From Macrostomum lignano (Eukaryota), in the NCBI GenBank assembly GCA_002269645.1, contig NIVC01000363.1, positions 372,001 through 436,000 on the forward strand: a stretch of DNA of 64,000 bases, given 5' to 3'. A program made the translations under genes and the position numbers. How positions within the stretch are numbered: the stretch's first letter is position 1; every line of letters starts with the position of its first letter. This document shows, in pieces, positions 38,286-50,200 of this stretch. The notes beneath the pieces are model-generated. The model had not been told where the DNA came from. It was given only the letters and a program-made list of their open reading frames with translations, and did not search any database.

Positions 38286-41200
38286 TAGTTAATCAGTCAA
38301 TCAATTAATCAATCAATTAATCAATCAATTAATTAATCAATCAGACAATCAATTAAATAATCAATCAATCAATCAATCAATCAGTTCATCAGTAAATCAA
38401 TATATTTAGTTGCAAATCATCTGTGGAACATAAAAACAGTCAACAGCAATCAGTTAAACAATTAATTTATATAGGTTTATTGATTTATTTAGCAGCATAA
38501 TAGAAAGCTAAACAGTTCCCACGCCCTGACCTCACCTGGTTGGCTCTGACCGTCATCTCAACAAACTTGACATTCTTTCCAAACAAGTAGGTCTTCTCGT
38601 GCAGCACCATGACAGCCTGGTGCCGGCTTCCCGGCTCGGTGCACGGCTTCCAGGTGGCTGAGAACTTCTGCCACAGAAAGCTGCTCCACCAGCGGAAGAT
38701 GTAGCGCAAATCTGTGCCGCCAAAGAAGCTGGGATCGTGCACCGTTGTCAGGTGGCCCACGTCTGCTCCGTTCTGGTTGATTTCCTGAGAGTAGGTTGAG
38801 TTTCAGCTTATTGTATCTATACTTGTCTCAGCCAGTCAAAAAGCAGTTAGTTTACAATGGCAGCAAAGCAGCTGCTATTCAAGTGGGGGGGCATCACAAA
38901 CCCGAAAAATCACAACTCCGAAAAGCGCTTTCCATCATAAACCCGGAATATCATAGACCCGAAATATCACAAACCCGAAAAATCACAACTCCGAAAAGCG
39001 CTTTCCATCATAAACCCGAAATATCATAAACCCGAAATATCATAAACCCGAAATATCACAAACCCAAAAAATCACAAGTCCGAAAAGCGCTTTCCATCAT
39101 AAACCCGAAATACCATAAATCCGAAATATCATAAACCCAAAATATCACAAACCCGAAAAATCACAACTCCGAAAAACAAAAATAGCATTGCCCATCATGA
39201 GCCCGAAATATCACAAACCCAAAATATCACAAACCCGAAATATCATAGACCCGAAATATCATAAACCCGAAATATGGTTTATGGTATTTCGGGTTTATGA
39301 TGGGCAATGCTATTTTGGTTTTCGGAGTTGTGATTTTTCGGGTTTGTGATATTTCGAGTCTATGATATTTCGGGTTTATGATATTTCTGGTTTATGATAT
39401 TTCTGGTTTATGAAATTCTGAAATTTTCTGAATATGCTGGAATTCTACTGTGCTTCGGGTCTATTTTAATTTTTGCATTTTTTCTTAATTACGGGTGCTT
39501 CCATTCACAGTCACTGTAGAAACACAGTTCCCCGTCCTACTTGAGCAGTCCTTGCTATTAGCAGGAATATAGTCTTTATAGTCTGGCAGTCGCAGTGTGC
39601 ATACATCATGCGCTTTGGGGGTTGGCGCCGGAGCCACTCTGCCCCGACAGATAAGGAAAGAACACGGCGATATTTAAGGTGCACATTTGATGCCTAGCGG
39701 TCTAGACGAGGCTAAACAGCCAGCCAATCAGGAACGAGATAAGAGCAAAGAAAGGAATCTATGGCTGTTTAATGTACATTCGCAACGTACATTCGTTAGA
39801 AAGAAAACTAGCGGTTCTCTTACCTCGATATGGCAGTTAACAAAGTGCCTAGTTCGACCCTTGAAAGACCATTCGCCAGTTTCAATCTCTTCAATCACAG
39901 GCAGATCCCAGGTCGGTTCTCTGCCCTCGGCGTCGAACCACAAGTAGAGGCCGCCGTTTACTTCCTTGACGATGTGACTGGTGACGCGAGCCATTTCGGG
40001 AACTGAGAACGGAGAATGGTATTAAAGTGCATTAATTTATAAAATTCATCGGTGACATCTACAGCAGATACCACCTGAGAGAGACAGCAGATACCACCTG
40101 AGAGAGACAGCAGATACCACCTGAGAGAGACAGCAGATACCACCTGAGAGAGACAGCAGATACCACCTGAGAGAGACAGCAGATACCACATGAGAAAGAC
40201 AGCAGATACCACCTGAGAGAGAGAAGATACCACCTGAGGCTCAAGTACCTTAACTTATAAGTGTCTTACCAGTGACAACGAAAAAAAAGTTTTAAAAATT
40301 CGCCGCAACGTTCATACTCGTAAATCATCCAGTGTTCAGAAAAAAAGAAGAAAGCATTTTGGTTTCAGTTCTGTGTTGTACCCTGCGTATTCAGCTACTA
40401 TATTCGTTCTTTTTGAAGGAAAGCGATGCGCGTACCAAAAATGTGCAGCCCAAGGAGAAAGCTTACCGAAACAGAAAGTTGAAGAAAGCCTACAAGAACA
40501 CAGTGGCTGGTCTTCTTTTAGTTGCTGGGTGCCCCTATTTTGGACAAACAGAAAATTTTTTTCGAAACTTACTATGCTGGAATTCTACTGTGCTTCGGGT
40601 CTATTTTAATTTTTGCATTTTTTCTTAATTACGGGTGCTTCCATTCACAGTCACTGTAGAGGGAGAACTGAAGTAGGAGAGGGTGGGGAGAAAAGACAGA
40701 GGGAAGACAAGGAGAGAGGGGATAAAGGGAGAGAGGAGGCAGGGAGAGAGGGGGAGACAGGAAGAGAGGGGGGATAGGAGAGAGGGGAAGATAGGAGAGA
40801 GGGGGAGATAGGAGAGAGGGAAGATAGGAGAGAGGGGGAGATAGGAGAGAGGGGAGATAGGAGAGAGGGGGAGATAGGAGAGAGGGGGGATAGGAGAGAG
40901 GGGGAGATAGGAGAGAGGGGGGATAGGAGAGAGGGGGAGATAGGAGAAAGGGGGAGAAAGTGAGTGAGGGGAGAAAGTGAGTGAGGGGAGAAAGTGAGTG
41001 AGGGGAGACAGTAGAGGGGGATGGGCATGGCTAGGGACCGTGAAAGCGAGATGTATAATCGCGAAGCAATGCCACTACGACCTAATACAGGTAGGAGGGT
41101 AAACGTTATTGTAAATTTACTAACTGAATGCACGTACTTCAGTACTTTGGGAGTATATAGTCGACCTCTCCTCAAAAAAGTACGCACTGCTCTATCAAGT

Positions 41201-44200
41201 TTTTTGACTGGATATAAGTTCTATTCAATATTTATTAAGTACATAATGAAACCTATTATTAAATTCCATGAACTATTAATTCGTTTCATTGTTGTTCCAC
41301 ACAATACAGCGCCTACCTTATAAAGGAAGTGATGTTGTGAATTACATGAATTACAGACAGCCCTCCTTAGCTCAAGTTGGTTTTTTCACATTGAACGCAC
41401 AACAATTATTCTCATACTTTACGATTCAGGTATAGCTTCTTGAGCTTCTTGGCCAAATTGAAGCATCCCGGGTGCCAAAGGCAACCAATATTGACAGGAT
41501 TCTCTGACTATTCAACTCCTACAATGATATTGAGTGTAGATTAACTATAATAGTAGCCAATTCAAGTTTGTAACACTCGGATGGAACAGGGCTGTGTCTG
41601 TTATCAGCTCACGGTCCAATAATGCATGAAGATGTAAATGAAATCCACTATTTTTAATACGAGTAGTACATGGAACGCTCAAAAGTACTACTCAAAAAGA
41701 TACCAAATCTGAGATAAGGACACCAAATCTGAGATAAGGACACCCAATCTGAGATAAGGACACCAAATCTGAAGTAAGGACACCCAATCTGAGATAAAGA
41801 CACCAAATCTGAAGTAAGGACACCAAATCTGAGATAAGGACACCAAATCTGAGATAAGGACACCAAATCTGAGATAAGGACACCAAATCTGAGATAAGGA
41901 CACCCAATCTGAGATAAGGACACCAAATCTGAGGTAAGGACACCAAATCTGAGATAAGGACACCAAATCTGAAGTAAGGACACCCAATCTGAGATAAAGA
42001 CACCAAATCTGAAGTAAGGACACCAAATCTGAGATAAGGACACCAAATCTGAGATAAGGACACCAAATCTGAGATAAGGACACCAAATCTGAAGTAAGGA
42101 CACCAAATCTGAGATAAGGACACCAAATCTGAGGTAAGGACACCAAATCTGAGGTAAGGACACCAAATCTGAGATAAGGACATCCAATCTGAGATAAAGA
42201 CACCAAATCTGAGATAAGGACACCAAATCTGAGGTAAGGACACCAAATCTGAGATAAGGACACCAAATCTGAAGTAAGGACACCCAATCTGAGATAAAGA
42301 CACCAAATCTGAAGTAAGGACACCAAATCTGAGATAAAGACACCAAATCTGAAGTAAGGACAAACAATCTGAGATAAAGACACCAAATCTGAGATAAGGA
42401 CACCAAATCTGAGATAAGGACACCAAATCTGAGATAAGGACACCAAATCTGAGATAAGGACACCCAATCTGAGATAAGGACACCCAATCTGAGATAAGGA
42501 CACCAAGTTAGAGACAGAATCACCAAAAATATGTCCATCTTCACCGCTATTATTAGTCTGACTGTTGGACATTTTTCCGAAGGCAGGACCGATGCTGGGA
42601 GCATTTTTCATTTTACAAAAGTGCACCAGAAAAAATTAATGCAACACGAGCATAGCTGACCAGTCTGGCGAATGTGATGAATGAGACCGACTGGGCTGAA
42701 CAAATGAAATTAATCATGCAGATTGCCCTTCTGGGTGAAGAACCCCCAGACGCACTGCTGGGGTTGATATGCTCAAACGCTATCTAGACTATCTAGAGCT
42801 TAACAGCGCAGGACAGAGAAAGTCATCCATGATCTCTCATGGACTATAGGGCTTGCTGCACACAACATAATTTCCTTGAATTTCCTAGTACTTTACAGTT
42901 TATACTTTATAATGTACCCGTTTCTTATAACTAATTGATGCAATCGTTACTCTCTGAGTAAGGGGTGTTAGACGCGCCGGAGGGTGCCGCTGTACATATC
43001 GCTGTACTTTGGCGGGGGGTTGAGGTGTGGGGGTGTTGGCCGCGCCGGCCAGCTTAAAGCCTCTGCACCCGGCCCGGCTTGGCTCCGCCGCCATTTCTCA
43101 ATTTTTTTATTTCCTTTTTACGAACCAATAAATAATAACTCGTTTAAACTAATAAATAAACGCTTCGCTTGATCCACTGGGATCCGCTTTCTCGGCCGCT
43201 GCCTGCTTTTCGCAACTGACTTTGTCTCGTTTGGCTCCTTCTGGCGTGTTTAAATTAAATATAATTTACTTTCGAAACTAACGATACTTTTGAGTATTTT
43301 TAACTTCTAGCAATTGGAAATGAAATTTCTGAACTATTGTGCTTACCCCAGTCCAGGTACGCACAGACAGATGTCCATGTGAATCCATACAGTATTTGCA
43401 AATATGGGCATGATTCACCCCAGCACGCCAACGCCCACTCAGCCCCACTAACAACTGCAAGCGTTTGTCATCCCGAACCGCCCACGCACAGGCCGCAATG
43501 CAATTATTGCAAACCCCCGAATTTTAACAAACGCTAAAATTTCTCGTTTCCGGTTTAGATGGAGGAAAAATTGCACGAGCCACTCTGGCTTTTTGGCTGG
43601 CTTTTAGATGAAAATATTAACCTATTTTGCATGAAGTTCACGAATATGTATCCCATACTCCCTTCACTGCCCCTACTCCCTTCACTGCCCCTACTCCCTT
43701 CACTGCCCCTACTCCCTTCACTGCTCCTACTCCCTTCACTGCCCCTACTCCTATCACTGCCCCTACTCCCTTCACTGCTCCTACTCCCTTCACTGCCCCT
43801 ACTCCCTTCACTGCCCCTACTCCCTTCACTGCTCCTACTCCCTTCACTGCCCCTACTCCTATCACTGCCCCTACTCCCTTCACTGCTCCTACTCCCTTCA
43901 CTGCCCCTACTCCCTTCACTGCTCCTACTCCCTTCACTGCTCCTACTCCCTTCACTGCCCCTACTCCCTTCACTGCTCCTACTCCCTTCACTGCCCCTAC
44001 TCCCTTCACTGCCCCTACTCCCTTCACTGCCCCTACTCCCTTCACTGCCCCTACTCCCTTCACTGCCCCTACTCCCTTCACTGCCCCTACTCTCTTCACT
44101 GCCCCTACTCCCTTCACTGCCTCTACTCCCTTCACTGCCCCTACTCCCTTCACTACCCATACTCCCTTCACTGCCCCTACTCCCTTCACTGCCCCTAATC

Positions 44201-47200
44201 CCTTCACTGCCCCTACTCCCTTCACTGCCCCTACTCCCTTCACTGCCCCTACTCCCTTCACTGCCCCTACTCCCTTCACTGCCCCTACTCCCTTCACTGC
44301 CCCTACTCCCTTCACTGCCCCTACTCCCTTCACTGCCCCTACTCCCTTCACTGCCCCTACTCCCTTCACTACCCCTACTCCCTTCACTGCCCCTACTCCC
44401 TTCACTGCCCCTACTCCCTTCACTGCCCCTACTCCCTTCACTGCCTCTACTCCCTTCACTGCCCCTACTCCCTTCACTGCTCCTACTCCCTTCACTGCCC
44501 ATACTCCCTTCACTGCCTCTACTCCCTTCACTGCCCCTACTCCCTTCACTGCCCCTACTCCCTTCACTGCCCCTACTCCCTTCAATGCCTCTAATCCCTT
44601 CACTGCCTCTACTCCCTTCACTGCCCCTACTCCCTTCACTGCCTCTACTCCCTTCACTGCCCCTACTCCCTTCACTGCCCCTACTCCCTTCACTGCCTCT
44701 ACTCCCTTCACTGCCTCTACTCCCTTCACTGCCCTACTCCCTTCACTACCCATACTCCCTTCACTGCCCCTACTCCCTTCACTGCCCCTAATCCCTTCAC
44801 TGCCCCTACTCCCTTCACTGCCCCTACTCCCTTCACTGCCCCTACTCCCTTCACTGCCCCTACTCCCTTCACTGCCCCTACTCCCTTCACTGCCCCTACT
44901 CCCTTCACTGCCCCTACTCCCTTCACTGCCCCTACTCCCTTCACTGCCCCTACTCCCTTCACTACCCCTACTCCCTTCACTGCCCCTACTCCCTTCACTG
45001 CCCCTACTCCCTTCACTGCCCCTACTCCCTTCACTGCCTCTACTCCCTTCACTGCCCCTACTCCCTTCACTGCTCCTACTCCCTTCACTGCCCATACTCC
45101 CTTCACTGCCTCTACTCCCTTCACTGCCCCTACTCCCTTCACTGCCCCTACTCCCTTCACTGCCCCTACTCCCTTCAATGCCTCTAATCCCTTCACTGCC
45201 TCTACTCCCTTCACTGCCCCTACTCCCTTCACTGCCCCTACTCCCTTCACTGCCCCTACTCCCTTCACTGCCCCTACTCCCTTCACTGCCTCTACTCCCT
45301 TCACTGCCTCTACTCCCTTCACTGCCCTACTCCCTTCACTACCCCTACTCCCTTCACTGCCCCTACTCCCTTCACTGCCCCTACTCCCTTCACTGCCCCT
45401 ACTCCCTTCAGTACCACAGTTGTAAATGACCGTTGGGTTACCTTCAAAAAAGACAATAAAGAAACAAATAAAGCCGTCTGTTTCCACCTCGAGTCTTGAC
45501 AATAAAACAAAAAGTCGGGACCCTAAAAAGAAGGTCCGCAAAGAAAGCAGAGCTTTTTTTTTAGTGCATTTCAAGCTTTCTAACGTGACGCTCTGTGTGT
45601 TCTTTTTCTAAAAGAAATTCGAAAATTGGTTTATCGGCCAAGACAATCCAGCTGAGCAGCTGTTTAAGAGATCGGAAAATTCTGGAAGTTATAAAAGCAT
45701 CTCCCCACCTCCAATTTAGAGAGGCCGTCCCGCCGTATCAAAAAGTCTCAAACGTACAGAAAAGTGCTGCAGAGAGTGCGAGAGAGAAAGAAGCACCTCA
45801 ACCCGGTGAGGGAGAATCGACCGCGGAAAATGTGACAAAACGGCGGCCCGACAAAAACGCAATCTGGCGACTTTTTTGCTGTCGTCATGAATTCTCCGAC
45901 TCTGCGTTTGCCTGATGTTGCTGGTCTTCAGGACTCTGTTGTTGTTGTTGTTGAGATTTTTGTTCCTGCGGTTGGTGCTGCGACCACGACAATGAGTCAT
46001 CAACGACTGTCGCGCCTCCCGCAGTCGGAGTGGTCACTGTGCCGTCGATCTCTTCGTAGTCGCGTCGTAGGCAGCTGAGAAACTCGCGCGCCTCGGCGAA
46101 CTCGGCCTCTTCCATGCCTTCGCCGACGAACCAGTGCACGAAGGCGCGCTTCGAATAGAGAAAGTCGAATTTGTAGGCCAGCCGGTCCCAGGCATCGCAG
46201 ATTGCTGTGGTGTTGCTAAGGGCGCACAGAGCTCTGGGCACATTGGCCAGGTCGCCACCGGGCACCACCGTCGGCACCTGGCCGTTGATGCCGACCTTGA
46301 AACCGGTGGGGCACCAGTCGACAAATCGGACGCGTCGACGCTCGGACGAGCGCAGGCGCTGGATGGCCATGTTGACTTCGCAGGGCGCCACGTCGCCGCG
46401 GTAGAGCAGGCAGCAGGCCATGTAGCGGCCAGACCGCAGGTCGCAGTTCACCAGCTGGTTAGATCGGTCGAAGCAGGCGCTGGTCATGTCCCACACTTTC
46501 AGCTGCTCGTGATTGGCCCGCTCGGGCGATAGAATTGGAGCGTAGTTCACCATCGGGTATTGGATCCGAGGGTAGGGCACGAGGTTGGTCTGGAACTCGG
46601 CCAGGTCAACGTTTAGAGCGCCGTCGAACCGAAGCGAGGCGGTCACTGCCGACAAAACCTGGCTAAGCAGGCGGTTCAGATTGGTGTAGTTTGGACGCTC
46701 GATGTCCAGACCGCGCCGGCAAATGTCGTACAGGGCTTCGTTGTCCGCGATGAAGTTGCACTCGGACCGGTCGCGCATGCCTCGCATGCACAGAGTGGCA
46801 TTGTACGGCTCCACAACCGCCGTGGAAATCCTGGGCGCCGGATAAATTGAGAACAACAGGCGGGACAGCTTGCCGCACTCGTTGGCCAGGTGTTCCATCA
46901 GTAGCGAGCCGAAACCGGAGCCGGTGCCGCCGCCAAACGAGTGGAACACCAGGAAACCCTGCGGAAAATCGCAGCGTTCGATGAGGCGCCCAACAGTTTC
47001 AGCAACCTGCGGCGCCAGCTCCTTGCCGATGGTGTACCGGCCACGGGCGAAATTGTTGGCAGCGTCTTCCAGCCCGGTGACCAGCTGGTCCGGGTGGAAC
47101 AACCGGCGGTAGGCGCCGCAGCGCACCTCATCAATCACGGTTGGCTCGAGGTCGACAAACATTGCTCGAGGCACTCTAGAGCCGTTTTGCGTCTCGGCGA

Positions 47201-50200
47201 AGAACGTCTCCTCGGAGTTGGGGCAGCTGTCGTGTGAGCAGCAAGTCTGCGGCTGCGGCTGCTGGCAGGAGGAGGAGCAGCTGTACATCGAGTGCGCTGC
47301 GACTGGAGGCGCGGCTCCGAGCTTGGTCCCGTCGGGTCGGATGCCGTGCTCCAGGCAGTACAGCTCCCAGCACGCGTTGCCCAGCTGTACCCCAGCCTGA
47401 CCAATGTGTACTGAGATGCATTCTCGCATGCTTAGGCTGAGTTCTATCGCTTGGAGTAGCTCCGATTGGTGTTTGAATGCCCCGGCACTTGCTTGCTAGC
47501 TGGTTGAGCTGCACTTCCGATGGTGGCCCGAAAGCGATCGCTTTCTATCGGTGGTTGAGCTGAATTTTCTGCGCCCTCTAAAAGTGCGGCTCTGTCTCTG
47601 CTCGCAGCTCGCGACCAACTTGTCTATGGCAGAAATTGGCTCGGCCTTGATAGAGCTGGCAATTCTGAGCCAGCTAAATTTAACATGTGCTTGATTTTCC
47701 GGTTGCACTTTTAAACTTCGTTGGCCGCAAAAAAACAAATTTTGTTAGTTTTAAGACAGTAGTTATCTATTCCATCGTTTATACCCGTGTCCTTGCTTGC
47801 TAATCTGACGGTTTACATTTTATAGCGCTACATTCAATCAAAAGGATTAACTAAACATTTCTCACTCTTTCCGCCTTCGGCCAGAACCGGGATCCTAGCG
47901 CAGCGACCGTCTGAACCGCGAAATTGCCAGCCGTGAAACGGGCACTCGATGCAGTCGCCAACGACACGACCGCCAGCGCCCATATTGGCGCCAAAGTGCG
48001 GGCAGTAGGCATCGAGTATGTGCGCTTCGCCCGACTCCGTGCGGAATACGGCCAGGGTTTTGCCTGTGGGGTCGCAGTTACGGGGGATCGGGCGTTGACC
48101 CATGTGTCTACTTGGCTTGTACATATTACAGTAAGCCTAACTTACACTTTTTTGGAATTATACGAGCGTAGATAGCCACCCTAACCCCAGACTGTTATAG
48201 GTAGCAACCCCAACCTGCAGACTATTATAGGTAGCCACCCCTACCTCCAGACTGTTATAGGCAGCCACCCCTACCCCCAGGCTGTTATAGGCAGCCACCC
48301 CTACCCCCAGGCTGTTATAGGTAGCCATCCTTACCCCCAGACTGTTAGAGACAGCCACCCTACCCCCAGACTGTTATAGGTAGTCACCCTTACCCCCAGA
48401 CTGTTATAGGTAGCCATCCTTACCCCAGACTGTTATAGACAACCACCCTACACCCAGACTGTTATAGGTAGTCACCCTTACCCCCAGACTGTTATAGGTA
48501 GTCACCCTTACCCCCAGACTGTTATAGGCAGCCACCCCTACCCCCAGACTGTTATAGGCAGCCACCCCTACCCCCAGACTGTTATAGGCAGCCACCCTTA
48601 CCCCCAGACTGTTATAGGCAGCCACCCCTACCCCCAGACTAGTTCGTATTATAGGCAGCCACCTCTACCCCCAGACTGTTATAGGCAGCCACCCCTACCC
48701 CCAGACTGTTATAGGCAGCCACCCCTACCCCCAGACTGTTATAGGCAGCCACCCTTACCCACAGACTGTTATAGGCAGCCACCCCTACCCCAGACTAGTT
48801 CGTATTATAGGCAGCCACCTCTACCCCCAGACTGTTATAGGCAGCCACCCCTACCCCCAGACTAGTTCGCATTATAGGCAGCCACCCCTACCCCCAGACT
48901 GTTATAGGCAGCCACCCCTACCCCCAGACTGTTATAGGCAGCCACCCCTACCCCCAGACTGTTATAGGCAGCCACCACTACCCCCAGACTGTTATAGGTA
49001 GCCACCCTTACCCACAGACTGTTATAGACAGCACCCCGACCCCAGATTATTACAGGTAACCACCCTTCCTCCAACCCATTCCCTGGGCTCTCTTTTCATG
49101 AATAGATCATTTTTGCACTTTTCGACCTCTGTAAAAAATATATAGACGCCCATAAAGCAAATGCAGGGACGAAGAATAAACATATATATATCCAGCTATC
49201 AGGTATTTGCTTAAAACCTAAAATACGAGGGTAAGAAGCCAAGACAAGCAAAGCTAAGAAGTCAGATAAAAAGAAATTTAAACGGATCTATATAAGTGTA
49301 GCCATATGTGCAGTGGATTAACCCTCGGCAGCTGATAAGAAGGCCAAAAAGGAAGACTTTACTACTCAAACTGGTAAAACAACAAACCTAAGGTTTCCTC
49401 TCCTTCTCTAACAATCTTATTTTCATATCTGTTTCTTGGTAATTTTTGGTTTCTTTATTGATAATACAGGGCCGGGGGTGCAAAGGTAGGTCCCGAGACA
49501 GTGCACCGCTTGTGTTTGGGTCTCACAACACCTGATATTGCATGACAGCAAACGCTTCTGCTAAAGCAAATCTTGTGCAATTTTCGCAGCAAAATTGCAA
49601 TTTTTGGCTCTTTCTAATCGCCCCCTTTTCAAACTTATAAAGCCTCAGAGCAGGCCCCAAGTGAAATCGAAATAGGGGTAGTGTTGGGCGACAGGTAGAC
49701 GAGTTTACCGAGTATTTGGTAATATTTGAAGCCGCAAATAGCCAGCAGACTGCACTGACCAAAACTTTTTTTGTACTGTATTTTACTGACCAGTTAATAC
49801 GCATGTCCGCACGCCTGCCCTGGTAGTCCAACTTTTTAATTACGTCAATGCACTGAAGGTTTTACTTATTAGATAATTGTTTTCGTATAAATGCTTTTTT
49901 CTTCTGCAGCGTACATTTTGGGCACATTTAACATTTTACTGATCATTGTTTACACAGAAGATATTTATGGAAACTAGCAACTCTTGTAGCAAAGGATGCA
50001 AGGAAATGACGAAAGCACTGGTGGCATGTGCGTGTTTAGCGCTTTGATGTACAGTTAACTATTAATATAACTGGGCCACCACCCTCCCAGATCCTCAGTT
50101 GCTGGGCCAGCCTCCCAGATCCTCAGTTGCTGGGCCAGCCTCCCAGATCCTCAGTTGCTGGGCCAGCCTCCCAGATCCTCAGTTGCTGTGCCAGCCTCCT

